Shown here: piece after piece, positions 1 through 12,514 of the stretch
Layout: every line of letters begins with the position of its first letter
How positions within the stretch are numbered: the first letter of the stretch is position 1
Assembly: GCA_951406725.2 (NCBI GenBank)
Contig: OX597839.1
Coordinates: 11,222,001 to 11,286,000 of the forward strand
Reading direction: 5' to 3'
DNA length: 64,000 bases
From: Octopus vulgaris
Taxonomy: Eukaryota
Notes under the pieces: model-generated
Database searches by the model: none
What the model was told of the DNA's origin: nothing
What the model saw: only the letters and a program-made list of their open reading frames with translations
Translations under genes and position numbers: made by a program

Positions 1-132
1 ATGAAAGGGTACCATTTTTTTTTCCCTTCTTTTAAGCCCCATGCTATATTAAATATTGCTTTTGTTGTTTTTTTTTCTTGCAAAATATCCTACATACTAT
101 CACAGTCATTATTTGCCACCCCACCTCTGCGT

Positions 133-173
<41 letters not shown>

Positions 174-611
174 CGCGCGCGCACAGACACCCATCCCTCT
201 ATCCACCTTCCCCGTCTTATTGACTCAGTCCACTTCAGTCTCGAAGCATTTCGGTGATGTATATTTAGTGTCAACCTTCGCATAACTAATTACTTTTATC
301 CACTTAGCTGTCACGCTCTCAAGATTTACCTTCTTTACAATGGATTTCATACATTGTAATCATGTGTCATATGCAATAGTTATGGTTTTGTTGTTATTGT
401 TGATTTTGTTGTTAGTTTTTATTTTATTATTATTATTATTTTTTCTTTCACTTTTTGCTTACAGGAATATAATACATATCATTTTTTTTTTCTTTTGCTC
501 TCAAAAAATGTTGCTGTTTACTTTTCTTTTTCATTTATTGCTTTTGCTTTGTTGTCGAAACAAATTTTAAGATAGTAAACCTGTTATTTCAAAGGTGGTT
601 TTACTTACTTT

Positions 612-690
612 ACCAACCAACCAACCAACCAACCAACCAACCAACCGGCTAGCTAGCCAGCCAACCGACCAACCGACCGACCAACCAGCC
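612..690. repeat. (CCAA)n microsatellite, degenerate 3' end
   Basis: Direct tetranucleotide run. Confidence 0.9.
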
Positions 691-1157
691 AGTGGTTGTG
701 TTCATGGCCTATTGAAGCTCAGTATTGAAGGAATATTCAATTAGCTAATGTTTGAGTAGATGGGCCAGCCAAGCCAATGTCAGTGATCTTCATTCAGCTT
801 GTATCCATGCTCATCAATTACAGCATCCAAGCTCTCTTTTATTTATTTCCACAGACTTACACAGAACCCTCTTCCCTCCCTCTCACTTGCTCATATTATG
901 AATAAATAAATAACTTGCTGAATAGATGCTATTTCTAGCAAATAACTTGCCTTTATCATGGGACACAGCCTTTTGCTGCTTTGTCAGGTCTTGTTCTACT
1001 CTTAGTTCAAAGGAGATTCTGTTTCAGTAAACTATGGTAAGCGCTATCTGGGGTTTGGCTCTGTTGTGATTAACTGTTGTTTGGTACATTGACCTTGTAT
1101 ATTTTGCACATATAATTCCCCTTGCATGTTTTGTATACAATTTATTCTTGTTATTTT

Positions 1158-1496
1158 TACTGTGTGGCACCTTGGGCAAGTGTCTTCTACTATAGCCTCG
1201 GGCCGACCAAAGCCTTGTGAGTGGATTTGGTAGACGGAAACTGAAAGAAGCCCGTCGTATATATATATGTATATATATGTGTGTGTGTGTGTCTGTGTTT
1301 GTCCCCCCAACATCGCTTGACAACCGATGCTGGTGTGTTTACGTCCCCGTTACTTAGCGGTTCGGCAAAAGAGACCAATAGAATAAGTACTAGGCTTACA
1401 AAGAATAAGTTCTGGGGTCGATTTGCTAGACGAAAAAGGCGGTGCTCCAGCATGGCCACAGTCAAATGACTGAAACAAGTAAAAGAGTAAAGAGTA
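1158..1496 (+). mobile_element. SINE family A, 5'-truncated
   Basis: Matches full copies (7048, 8733, 47722) from ACTGTGTGGCACCTTGGGCAAG to tail GGCGGTGCTCCAGCATGGCCACAGTCAAATGACTGAAACAAGTAAAAGAG. Confidence 0.9.
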
Positions 1497-1831
1497 TTAT
1501 TATTGTTGTTTTTTAACTGCAGATCAGTCATATTTAAATTGATATCTGAACAAAAATGTTCCACTCAGGGCCATCCCAACTTTGTTTTAACCTTTGTGGT
1601 ATCTATCTATGGCTACATTATTGGATTGGATTGGATTGCCCATGTCCAGTCAACTACAGCACAATGGCTTCAGCATGCTCTCTCCATCGACCATAGTATG
1701 ATGTGGAGGCTGTGAAATTGAGCTTGAGATCATACCGGTTTGATGAGCCTACTTTGCCACACTGGCTCAACATGGCTTAGTAGAGGGGGTACAGTCTTTA
1801 TACTCATACCCAGGAGTAGTTAAGGCACTTG

Positions 1832-1993
1832 CATCGACCCTAGTGCTCAACTGGTACTTATTTTATTGACTCCCAAAAAACGGATGAAAGGCAAAGTTGA
1901 CCTCGGTGGAATTTGAACTCAGAATGTAAAGACAGGCAAAACATCACTAAGCGTTTCACTTGGCATGCTAACAATTCTGCCAGCTTGCCACCT
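1832..1993 (-). mobile_element. SINE family B, diverged
   Basis: Reverse complement of B head/body (GGATGAAAGGCAAAGTTGACCTCGGTGGAATTTGAACTC). Confidence 0.8.
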
Positions 1994-2228
1994 TATTAAT
2001 GTTAAAGTGGTAAAATGTGATTTGAGAGAGAGAGAGATATGGCTGTTATTTGTAACAGGTCAGGTAACCATGTGGAGCAGTGGTTTCCCAGCCTTTTTGC
2101 TACTATCTGGGACTTTATTAATGTTGACGTGGTAAAATGTGATTTGAGAGAGAGATGGCTGTTATTTGTAACAGGTCAGGTAACCATGTAGAGCAGTGGT
2201 TTCCCCAGCCTTTTCACTACTATCTGGG
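1993..2228. repeat. ~120-bp tandem duplication (2 copies)
   Basis: TTATTAATGTT...GCTGTTATTTGTAACAGGTCAGGTAACCATG...CTACTATCTGGG occurs twice. Confidence 0.85.
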
Positions 2229-2404
2229 TCTTCTTTTATTCAAATGAATTTTCTCACAAACCCAGGTTTGTTTCTGCAGTCTTTCTACTCAACAATACCA
2301 ATTTCACTAACACACTTTCTTCCCCAGTTTCATCTCCCAATTAAAAGATATATGTAATTGAATATACAAGCAAATAAACAGACGAATTAACTAGACATTC
2401 TTGA

Positions 2405-2632
2405 TTAACCCTTTTGTTACTAACCCGGCCAAAACCGGCTCTGGCTCAGTGGTAAAATGTCTTGTTTTCATAAGTTTTGAATTAAAATATTCCACCAAGC
2501 CTTAGTCACAATTTATGTTCATAACACTAGCTGAATGATAACCAAGTTATTTTACTAAATTCTTTGTTATAATTAAAATGATTGAAAGAAACACAGAGCA
2601 TCTCAAAATGAATACAGTAATGAAAGGGTTTA
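2405..2632. mobile_element. MITE family E (piggyBac-like)
   Basis: TTAA-CCCTTTTGTTAC...GTAATGAAAGGG-TTTA; body shared with 27172 and 38625. Confidence 0.8.
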
Positions 2633-2692
2633 TGAGATAGTTGATGTTATATTCCAAATACCAGGTTCAATGGTATTTGGATTATAACATCC

Positions 2693-2993
2693 AGTTTCAA
2701 CCATTAGACTGTGACCATGCTGTAGCTCTACCCTTTTCGTCAAATGAATTTATTCCAGTACTTTTAAGCATCATACTTATTTTATTGGTGTTTTTTGTTG
2801 AACCAATAAGTTACGGGAACATAGTCCTGGTGGTGGGCCAAAGACCCGTACATATACAGTTTCCACCTACCAAATCCACTCGTAAGGTTTTGGTTCACCC
2901 GAAGCTATAGTAGAAGAGAGTTGCCCAAGGTGTCACGCAGTGGGACTGAACCCAGAACTGTGTGGTCGGGATGCAAGCTTTCTACCACACAGG
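2693..2993 (-). mobile_element. SINE family A, degenerate
   Basis: Reverse-complement tail, ACCAAATCCACTC and head GTGGGACTGAACCC. Confidence 0.7.
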
Positions 2994-3911
2994 CGAGTAT
3001 TAACATCCTACATATTTAAAAAAAAAAACTAGCAGGGGGTGATTTGAAGGAGACTTTGCCGGTATCTCTAGAAATCTCAGTAACTACAAGAGCTCTCTCT
3101 CTCCCCCTCTCTCTCATCAGCTTGCTCTGATCAGTTCGTTTAGGTGAAGTAGACAGCGTGTTTTCATTCTATTATATCATTAGACTTTCATTAAGCTGCT
3201 TGATATTGGTTTTACCAACGGTGCTTTTCTTATTCGGTAAGTTTGCAGTGCATATTAAAAGTAAGAGGTGGGGGGTGGCGGGGGGTGTGTGTGTGATGGC
3301 ATGTGTGCGTGCGTGAGGGAAGGAAGAGCATGTAATCTGATCGTTTGGCTCCGAGCTATATCTGGTAGACAAGTCATGTTTAAGATGTTCTGTCTGTTGT
3401 AGATGTCAAGGTATGTTTACCACTGATTACTGCTTGCCACATTGATTTCTCTCTATTTCTCTACTCATCATCATCATCATCATCAACATTATCATCATCC
3501 ACAATATTTCAACTATTTTTTTTTTCCCCCAGCAGACTTATACACTAGACAGGTGGATGTTATTGCTCTTCTCCCAGCTACCTTTGTCTATTCTTGATCA
3601 GATAATCCTTTCTCTTTCTTCTTCTGTAGAGATTTACTCTCTCTCTCTTCCCTCACCGTTTACTTTTTCTTTGGATTGCGCATGCGTACACACTCACACA
3701 CACACACACACACACATGCATGCGTGTGCACTTAGAGCAAAGATTATAGCTGATGGCTGGATTTTGAACTTGAGACTTCAAAGGCTCTAACTAAATACAT
3801 TTAGTGTGTCCACCTGTTCATTGCTGTCTCACCTCCTTTTCTTATCCATAACTACATAGGTAATACCAGTGGCTCTCAACCAGGGACCTCTGCTGTTCTT
3901 TTCAATATACC

Positions 3912-4127
3912 TATTTCTTTACTAAACACAGAGGAGACAAACAAGGACAGATAGACGGATTAAGTCGATTATATCGACCCCAGTGCATAACTGGTACTTA
4001 ATTTATCGACCCCGAAAGCATGAAAGGCAAAGTCGACCTCGGCGGAATTTGAACTCAGAACGTAGCGACAGACGAAATACCGCAAGGCATTTCGCCCGGC
4101 GTGATAACATTTCTGCCAGCTCACCGC
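3912..4127 (-). mobile_element. SINE family B with 14-bp TSD
   Basis: tRNA-like B box GAGTTCAAATTCC on minus strand; TSD CTTTTCAATATACC at 3898-3911 and 4128-4141. Confidence 0.9.
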
Positions 4128-5084
4128 CTTTTCAATATACCAGTAATATTTAGGGACAATATCGTATCTGTTGTGTGTATATCAACTATTGATTATATAC
4201 AGTATATTCTACAGCGTTAGTTGTGTTGTCAAGTGACTTGATATATTAGTAACTTTTATTTCTCTTGCTGGCAGTCTGTTCAAATTAAATCAGTCTTTAA
4301 TTGTGTAGAAGTGTGTTCTGTGCTGTAATTATGTTGGTTGGGTGGTGGGGAGGCTATACTACTGTTACTGTGCCTCTGTCGTTTACAGGTGAGTAAATTA
4401 ATTAACTAAACATTCAGTTACTGTCATAGGAATAACTTGACTGCCTTCTACACTTCATTACTGTTATGATTATCATTGCAGCTAATGGGATTCCGAAGTT
4501 CTTTTATGCGAATTACTTTTCCCCTTTTCATTTCAGCTTTGAAATAATTCCTTGCTCTTGTACGTTCCTTGCTAATTATACCAGTGATCGTCTGAAAGTT
4601 TTCTGTTCGACTAAAGTAGTTTACAAAGCTTCTAGCTAGATAAGGTTTCAAAAACAGTCAGAAATCTACTAAAACTGAAGTGGAATGGAAAATTACTTAA
4701 TGAAGTGGATTTAAGTGTGTTAAGGTGTAAACTACGTTTAAAATGGTTGGTAATATTAGATGCTGATATGGCAGCAGTCATCAAACAATCTTTGATTTTA
4801 TTACAGCGCTGGTGGATGATAGTGTAATATCCATTTTAAGCATGTTGTGTGTCAATCAATATATATATACCACTAAGCTTTAGCTCTTGAGACACTCTTC
4901 TAATCTTCTAGTCATCCCCTCTTTAAATCACTTTTTTTGTTTTTCCTTTAGTCTTCTGGCCAAAGCTTTTTTTTTTGTTTCCTTTTTTTGTTTTCATAGA
5001 GATAATATTTGATAAAAACCAGATCAACCTTAAAATTTAATTGCCAATATATACTTACATAGACACATAGATGTGTGTTTATAG

Positions 5085-5087
5085 TAA

Positions 5088-5118
<31 letters not shown>

Positions 5119-5223
5119 CATACAGATACATACATATATACTTGTGTGTGTAGATATATCATATATATATATGCAGACACACACACATATTTGTGTATGT
5201 ATGTATATATGTATGTATGTATG

Positions 5224-5286
<63 letters not shown>

Positions 5287-5430
5287 TATGTGTCGAGAGT
5301 AAAGGAATTTTGTTAACATCTTCGTTCGACTCCATTCTTTCATTTATTCATATATATATAATTATATATATATATAAATAAATATATATGCACACATACA
5401 CACACAATGTAGATATATATATATATGTGT
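5085..5430. repeat. Compound (CA)n/(TA)n microsatellite
   Basis: Direct dinucleotide runs. Confidence 0.9.
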
Positions 5431-6179
5431 TTGTAGTGTTTAGAATTAAAAAAAAAAAGCAATGGAAAGAGACAGAATGCCAGCCAAATTGCAATTATTC
5501 TGACTGGACTGATTTTCCATTGCTCCTAGCATCATTTTAAATGTAAATTTTCCATCCTTTGCTTCTTCCGATACCACTGATGTGGTTTATTCTGATTTGT
5601 TTTGTTTTTCGTCAACAACAACAACCCATCCGCCCCTCCCCCCTCGCCCATCACTTCAAGCTGTCTGTTATTGATTGCCAGCACTATTGAAATTTACTAA
5701 AATAAATAAACAAAAGCAAAAAAGGAAATAAAAAAAAAAATATTAGTGAGCATAATCTGAGATCTTTCTGGTTATTAATTACATATTCATGTGTGTTTAG
5801 TCACTTCCTGAGAATACCGAGTGTCTACGAGAGAAAGATGTCTGGCAATTTGGCCATCAGTATATAAAGATAGCTGATGATATAGTTTTTGAAGACAAAT
5901 TTTCCGTTTAGTTGACTTAGCTAGAAAATAACTAGTTCATTTGGTTGTCAGTATATATAAGAGACGGAGGGAGAGAGAAAGAGAGGTCTTGTTTTAAATT
6001 TATTTCTAACTGCAGGCTGTCTCTCTTGCTGGTGTGGTTTCATCAAAGGACATCAACTTTGCTTTTCCATTCATCATTTAATAAATATTGGTTGTTGTTT
6101 GTTGTTGTCTTTCTTTGCTAAACAGTCTTCCTAGACGTTGGTACTTCAACTTGCAGATTTTTATGGTTGCCTTTCAGTA

Positions 6180-6682
6180 TTCTCTTCCTCATCCTCATCT
6201 CCCTCTTCCTCCTCTTCTCCCCTCTCCTTCTCTTCTTCCTCATCCTCCTACTTATCTCCCTTCTCTCCTCTTCTTCCTCATCATCATCTCCCTTCTCCCC
6301 TTCCTCTTCCTCCTTCTTTCTCCTCTCCACTTCTGCCTACTCATCATCTCTCTTCTCTTCTTCCTCCTCCTCTTCCTTATCTCCATTCTCTTCTTCCTCC
6401 TCTTTCTCATCTCCCTCCTCCTCTTCCTCATCTCCGTTCTCTTTCTCCTCCACTTCCTCATCTCCGTTCTCTTTCTCCTCCACTTCCGCATCTCCCTTCT
6501 CTTCCTCCTCCCCCTTCTCTTCCTCATCTCCCCCTCTGCTTCTTCCTTCCCCACCTCTTCTTCCCCTCTTCCTCCCCTTCTCTGCCTCCTTCCTCTTCTC
6601 TCCCTCCTCTACTTCTTCCTCTCCCACCTTGTCTTCCTCCTCCTCTTCCCACCTCCCACCTCTTCCTCCTCTCCCCCTCCTC
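6180..6682. repeat. ~500-bp polypyrimidine/polypurine low-complexity tract
   Basis: Almost only C/T on plus strand; internal 30-nt unit CACTTCCTCATCTCCGTTCTCTTTCTCCTC. Confidence 0.9.
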
Positions 6683-6939
6683 TAAAAGAACACCACTAGC
6701 CTTAAAGTACAATTGATATTCACTGTACAGGGTGATTGTTGTCTTCTACTTCTAATTAATAGCTTTAATAGTGTTAATTAATAGTTAACCAGTGAGCAAG
6801 TATGAAATGAATGAACTGTCAAAGAATGTTCCTTCAAAGAAAGAAGCAAAAAAGCAACAAAAAGAAAGTCCAACCAAAATCACCAATTTAGTGTTTTCTG
6901 AGTGAAAGACTTAACTTCATTCTGTCTACAAACCTACAA

Positions 6940-7570
6940 GGAGTCTCTACGTGGATACTCGGCTTGGTAAAAATAGCAGCTAAATGTCCCTTAAATCAGA
7001 TACTGCATTAGATAATGTGGTTCCTGGTAAACAGAAATATGCAATGAAGGCACAGGTGTGGTTGTGTGGTGAGAAGTTTGCATCCCAACCACATGGTTCC
7101 GGGTTCAGTCCCACTGCATGGCACCTTGGGCAAGTGTCTTCTACTGTAGTCTTGGGCTGACCAAAACCTTGTGAGTGGATTTGGTAGACGGAAACTGAAA
7201 GAAGCCCGTCGTATATATGTATGTATATATATATGTGTGTATGTGTGCGTGTATGTTTGTGTGTCTGTGTTTGTCCACCTAGCATTGCTTGACAAACGAT
7301 GCTGGTGTGTTTACGTCCCCGTCACTTAGCGGTTCAGCAAAAAGAGACCGATAGAATAAGTACTGGGCTTACAAAGAATAAGTCTCGGGGTCGATTTGCT
7401 CGACTAAAAGGCGGTGCTCCAGCATGGCCGCAGTCAAATGACTGAAACAAGTAAAAGAGTAAAGAGTAAGTAGCTGATAAAAGATTTTTAAAAAATTATC
7501 CTAGCTGTAAGTGCTTTCCTCTTAGGACTACTCACTCAGGGTTGACCTGGGGCTAAACAGCAACAGCAAC
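6940..7570 (+). mobile_element. Old retroposon family I, interrupted by SINE A
   Basis: AAATAGCAGCTAAAT...GATAATGTGG [SINE A] ...GTTGACCTGGGGCTAAACAGCAAC; same motifs recur near 9160, 21730, 25445, 39165, 51255, 61850, 62920. Confidence 0.6.
7048..7470 (+). mobile_element. SINE family A, full length
   Basis: A-box-like TGGTTGTGTGG, B-box-like GGTTCAGTCC, internal (TA/TG)n, tail ending GTAAAAGAGTAAAGAG. Confidence 0.9.
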
Positions 7571-8732
7571 TCTAGATGGGTGAAAGACTGAGTAAATAGC
7601 AGGATTGGATGAACTGAGAGTCTGAAGGAAGAACAAAAACTAAATATTGTAAGGCATGGCTCCCCACTTCCAGTTTTACCTCACCCCTTTCCAGGGGTGG
7701 TTAATTTTTGGCCATGAATAACTATTTATTATTTATACCCCTGTTGGTGGTTGTTTCTTCAGATGGGTGTGTGGGTTGGTTAGGGTAGGGATGTGTTTGA
7801 TTGTCTTCCTATATGCCATAGGTCATACATATGTGTGTGTGCATATTCTATTGTCACCATCCTCCATCCTCATCTTGCTAAGGCCTGGATGGGGTGGGGC
7901 TGCGTGGTTATAAGATCTGGGGTGAGGGTAAAGAAGAGTGTTAAAACAGAGAGCATAAGAGAAGGAAAGCCAGAGAAAGAGAGAGAGAGAGAGATACACA
8001 CATGAGAGAGAGCTGATGGAGGGAGGGATATCAGCTCCAGCTGTCTGGCTTCAGAGATCGAGGTGGGGGAAGCTGTATATGGAATTTGTCATCTCTCTCT
8101 CTCTTTCTCTTTCTAGCTCTCTCTCTCTCTTTCTAGCTCTCTCTCTCTCTTTTTCTAGCTCTCTCTCTTTCTCTCTCACCCTTCCTCTCTCTCCATCACA
8201 CACATCTAATGTTTAATGGCTTTATGGCTGTTAATGTGATGTTGGGCTTATATTTTGTTGTTGTTATATTAGTGAGCAGTTGAGCTGGGGGGTATGGATG
8301 GGTGGTTATATGTGTGCATGTGTAAGAAGGAAAAAAACCCAAAAAAAGCAAAGAGATTGTGAAATGGTAACTGGAGAGAGAGAGAGAGAGAGAAAGAGAG
8401 ACTGTTTTCTTCTTCTCAGTAGTGGTGGTGGTGGCGGCGGCAGCAGCGGTGGTGGTGGTGGTGGTGGTGTATCATGTGTGATGTATTGTTCAGGCTGAAG
8501 CTCAAAAGAATCAATATGGCAAGAAGCTTTCAAGTGAATAAAAAACAAAAAAAAGAAAACAACAAACTAAATAAAAGTCTATGAAATTATTTTGATAACA
8601 CAGTATCAGTTTTGTTGGGAAGCTGCATTAGAATTGGACATTATTGGAAATCACATCTTTGTTTAACATGATGGCTTTTTTTCTTGTTTTGTTTCGATTT
8701 GTCGTTTTTGTTTTTTGTTTTGTTTTCATGAA

Positions 8733-9141
8733 GAGACGCAGGAGTGGCTGTGTGGTAAGTAGCTTGCTTACCAACCACACGGTTCCCAGGTTCAGTCCCA
8801 CTGCGTGGCACCTTGGGCAAGTGTCTTCTGCTATAGCCTCATGCCAACCGACCAAATCCTTGTGAGTGGATTTGGTAGATGGAAACTGAAAGAAGCCTGT
8901 CATATATATATATGTGTGTGTGTGTGTGTGTTTGTGTGTCTTTGTTTGTCCCCCACAACATCGCTTGACAACCGATGCTGGTGTGTTTACGTCCTCGTTA
9001 CTTAGCTGTTCGGCAAAAGAGACTGATAGAATAAGTACTTGGCTTACAAAGAATAAGTCCTGGGGTCGATTTGCTCGACTAAAAGGCGGTGCTCCAGCAT
9101 GGCCGCAGTCAAATGACTGAAGTAAGTAAAAGAGTAAAGAG
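8733..9141 (+). mobile_element. SINE family A, full length
   Basis: GCAGGAGTGGCTGTGTGGTAAGTAGC head through shared 3' tail. Confidence 0.9.
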
Positions 9142-9377
9142 AGACAGTGGTTGGCTTTCCATGGTAAAAATAGCAGCCAAGTCTCCTACAAGTAATACCT
9201 TTTCCAGTATGTGAAACAGAAGTCTATGTTGAAGTGCAATGGCCTCAGATACATACATAAGATGTGTTGGTCACATCTGGAACACACAGAACAGTTGTTC
9301 TTAGGTGTATCTGGGCAAGACTAAACTGCTGCTACTACTACTATTGCTGGTGCCGCCAATAAATTCTTTTTAAGAGA

Positions 9378-9565
9378 CACAGTGCTGGTGGCACATAAAA
9401 GCACCAACTACACTCTCAGAGTGGTTGGCGTTAGGAAGGGTATCCAGCTGTAGAAACTCTGCCAGATCAGACTGGAGCCTGGTGCAGCCATCTGGTTCAC
9501 CAGTCCTCAGTCAAATTGTCCAACCCATGCTAGCATGGAAAGTGGACGTTAAATGATGATGATGA
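9378..9565 (+). mobile_element. Retroposon family C, 3' part
   Basis: GGCGTTAGGAAGGG...CCAACCCATGCTAGCATGGAAAGTGGACGTTAAA(TGA)n; shared with 20718, 50460, 54505. Confidence 0.85.
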
Positions 9566-10150
9566 GAGTCCCAAGTCATTCCTGATCTAGTGGACCTGTA
9601 ACTTATCTTGTCTATTTTTCCATCTTGGACTACCTTGATTCGTGTATCCTTCATTTTTAAGATGATCGTGTGTTAATTTGAAGATTATTTGGCCTGCACT
9701 TTCTAGCAAACTTAGCAACTATGTAGAGGACCTCTTCATAGCTTAGGTGACAACACAAAACTACAATTTAATTAATTTCAGAGAGAAGGAGGGAAGGAGA
9801 CATAGCTATGAGATGTATCATGATGGGTGCAAACTTAAGGCCAAAGTGCACCACCACCCCACCGCCAGCCCATCCCTATGCTGCTGTGGTTGACTCACGT
9901 AGTTTTTGCTGGAGTATTTAAATCTCATTTTGTTAGTTAATGTTGTGGAGATGGGCCAAAGTCGGCTTTGCCTTTGCCAACTTAATTGTAGTCGCTTACA
10001 ACTCACTACCTGACAGTTGTTACACACCACATATAATTAGTGATCACTTGACAACATTGGCAGAAAGCAGCAGCATGGCTATGGATACCAAACTGGAAAG
10101 AGGCTTTCACTTTTTTTCTTTTCTTTGTTTTGTAAAATTTAATTTTGTAT

Positions 10151-10325
10151 AAGGCGGCAAGATGGCAGAATTGTTTGCAGCTGGGCGAAATGCGTGGTGA
10201 TAATTCATCCGTCCTTACGGCATCAGTTCAAATTCTGCCGAGGCCAGTTTTGCCTTTCATACTTTTGGAGTCGATAAAATAAATACCAGTTGACCACTGG
10301 GGTCAATGTGATAAACTCTACTACC
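10151..10325 (+). mobile_element. SINE family B
   Basis: AAGGCGGCAAGATGGCAGAA head, AGTTCAAATTCT B box, GCCTTTCAT...GTCGATAAAATAAATACCAG body. Confidence 0.8.
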
Positions 10326-10419
10326 TCTGGGTAAGAGTATAAAGACTGCACCCTTCTGCCAAGCCATGTTGAGCCAGTGCGGCAGAGCAGGCTCATCAAA
10401 CCTATTTCTTTACCTTTGC

Positions 10420-10530
10420 TATTTATTTTATTGACCCCAAAATTATGAAAGGCAAAAATTGGCCTCGGCAGAATTTGAACTGATGCTGTAAGGACGGATG
10501 AAATATCACCACGCATTTCGCCCTGCTGCA
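10420..10530 (-). mobile_element. SINE family B fragment
   Basis: Reverse complement of 10151 copy. Confidence 0.75.
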
Positions 10531-10536
10531 AACTAC

Positions 10537-10756
10537 CCACAAGGGGCTAAACACGGAGAGGACAAAAAAGGACAGACAAATGGATTAAGTTGATTACATC
10601 GACCCCAGTGCAAAACTGGTACTTAATTTATCGACCCCAACAGGATGAAAGGCAAAGTCGACCTCGGCAGAATTTGAACTCAGAACGTAATGACAGACGA
10701 AATACCGCTAAGCATTCCGCCCGGTGCACTAGTGTTTCTGCCAGCTTGCCGCCTTC
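10537..10756 (-). mobile_element. SINE family B, near full length
   Basis: Very similar to 3912-4127. Confidence 0.9.
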
Positions 10757-10784
10757 ATGTGTGTATATATATATATGTTTAGAC

Positions 10785-10846
<62 letters not shown>

Positions 10847-11073
10847 ATATACATTGGTTAGTTTGGGGTTACTGTAGAAGACACTTGCCCAAGGTTCCAT
10901 GCAGTGGGACTGAACCTGAAATGACATGGTTACAAAACGAGTTTCTTAATCATGCACCCATTACATATTGTTTACATACACTTTGCATATATTTAGTTGC
11001 AATATTTTAGTCTCTTGCAATTGCATAAAACTGTTTTTCTTAGTTCTATTCTCAGTGATGGTATCAATAATAT

Positions 11074-11384
11074 TTGTTGTTGTTGTTGTTCCTTCTCGAG
11101 CCATGCGTGGCTCATAAGGGCCAGTTTCCCGGTTTCTTGACGTATAGGTTCCCCACCTGGACGGGACGCTGGTCTGTCACAGGTGAGCTGCAATATGCAG
11201 GAGGAAAGAGTGAGAGAAAGTTGTGGCAAAAGAGTCAGCAGAGGTTCACCATTATCTTCTGTTGGAGCCGCGTGGAGCTTAGGTGTTTCGCTCATAAACA
11301 CACGCATCGCTCGGTCTGAGATTCGAACCTGCGATCCCTCGACCGTGAGTCCGCTGCTCTAACCACTAGGCCATGTGCCTCCAC
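11074..11384 (-). mobile_element. SINE family D (tail type 1, (AAC)n end) with 12-bp TSD
   Basis: tRNA-like head TGGCCTAGTGGTTAGAGC...GGTTCGAATC; TSD TATCAATAATAT at 11062-11073 and 11385-11396. Confidence 0.9.
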
Positions 11385-11984
11385 TATCAATAATATAGCT
11401 TTACTTGATAAAGTTTTCTTTCTTTTTCTTTTTTCTTTCTTTTTTCCCAATATTTCTCCTTCCTTCTTTTACTCTTGTATTGATATCAACTCTTCCATTC
11501 TTTTTTATTTCCCCCAAATCAATATATATATACATCTACATGTGTGTACTTTTCTATACTCTACATACAAGTATTTCATCTCATAACTCACATGGTTCAG
11601 CTAATAAATGTCACACCTTTTGCCTTTCTCCCCTCCCGCCCCGCCCCCTGCGCCCTCCCTCCAAATACTTCCCTTCTCACCGCTCTGCTCTTGCTCTCCG
11701 TCTGGCTAAATATGACTTGTGATGCACTTTCACGTCTTTCCTTCTCTGCTTCTGCCAGTCTTCAATTAGCTTCTTAGATTATTTTTTTCTTCTACTTGAG
11801 ATTTCAGATTTGTTCTCTGTCTCGGCTCGCCCTCCTTCCCTTTGGCTAGCTTCACTGTTTTGTTGGAAACATTGATGGTTGTCAGTTGTCTTCTTTAGGC
11901 CACGATCTTTCTGTTCTGTTTGTCTGTCTCTTTCCATATATACAGACAGACACATCAACAAGCATGTCTGCTTATGCTTGTTTA

Positions 11985-12514
11985 CTAGCTCTCCATCAGT
12001 TATGACAACGCCAATTAATGGAACAGCCAGCTCATGAAATTAAAGTGCAAGTGGCTGAGTACTCCACAGACACATGTACCCATAACCCTTTAGCATTTAA
12101 ACCGGCCATATCCGGCCATAAGTATTCTGCCTGTTTTATGTTCAAACTGGCCAGATCTGGTCTCTCACACCAACCCTACAATATCGTTTTAAAGATTAAC
12201 AGCTACCTCATCAAAATCTCATAGCTACAAGATAATGCATGATTAGTTCAAAACAATGTGGATTAAAAAGGATTAACTTTGGCAGAATAATGCGAACACT
12301 AAAGGGTTAACGTAGTTCTCATGGAGATTCAACATGACAGAATGTGACATGTCTGACTCTTTGAAATACAGGTACATCTCATTTTTGGCAACTGAGTGGA
12401 CTGGGGCAGCGCGAAAAAAGTGTCTTGCTCAAGGACACAATACATTGCCAGAGATTGAACTCACAACCTTATGATTGTGTGTGGAATATTCCCTAACCAC
12501 TAAACCACATGCTT
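11985..12514 (-). mobile_element. SINE family H, interrupted by MITE F
   Basis: Minus-strand head GTGAGTTCAATC, body GTGTCCTTGAGCAAGACAC...CCACTCAG; sequence continues on both sides of MITE; related fragments near 55800 and 61570. Confidence 0.7.
12082..12310. mobile_element. MITE family F (piggyBac-like)
   Basis: ATAA-CCCTTTAGCATT...AACACTAAAGGG-TTAA; very similar to 30597-30825. Confidence 0.85.

Noticed and set aside
1024-1564. Recurrent peptides such as DGLLSVSVYQIHSQGFG and RASFSFRLPNPLTR that look like a gene family
   Set aside because: Conceptual translations of SINE A copies; all frames, no consistent ORF
5865-5965. Two TATA-like boxes (GTATATAAAG, GTATATATAAG)
   Set aside because: Expected by chance in TA-rich DNA; no supported downstream gene
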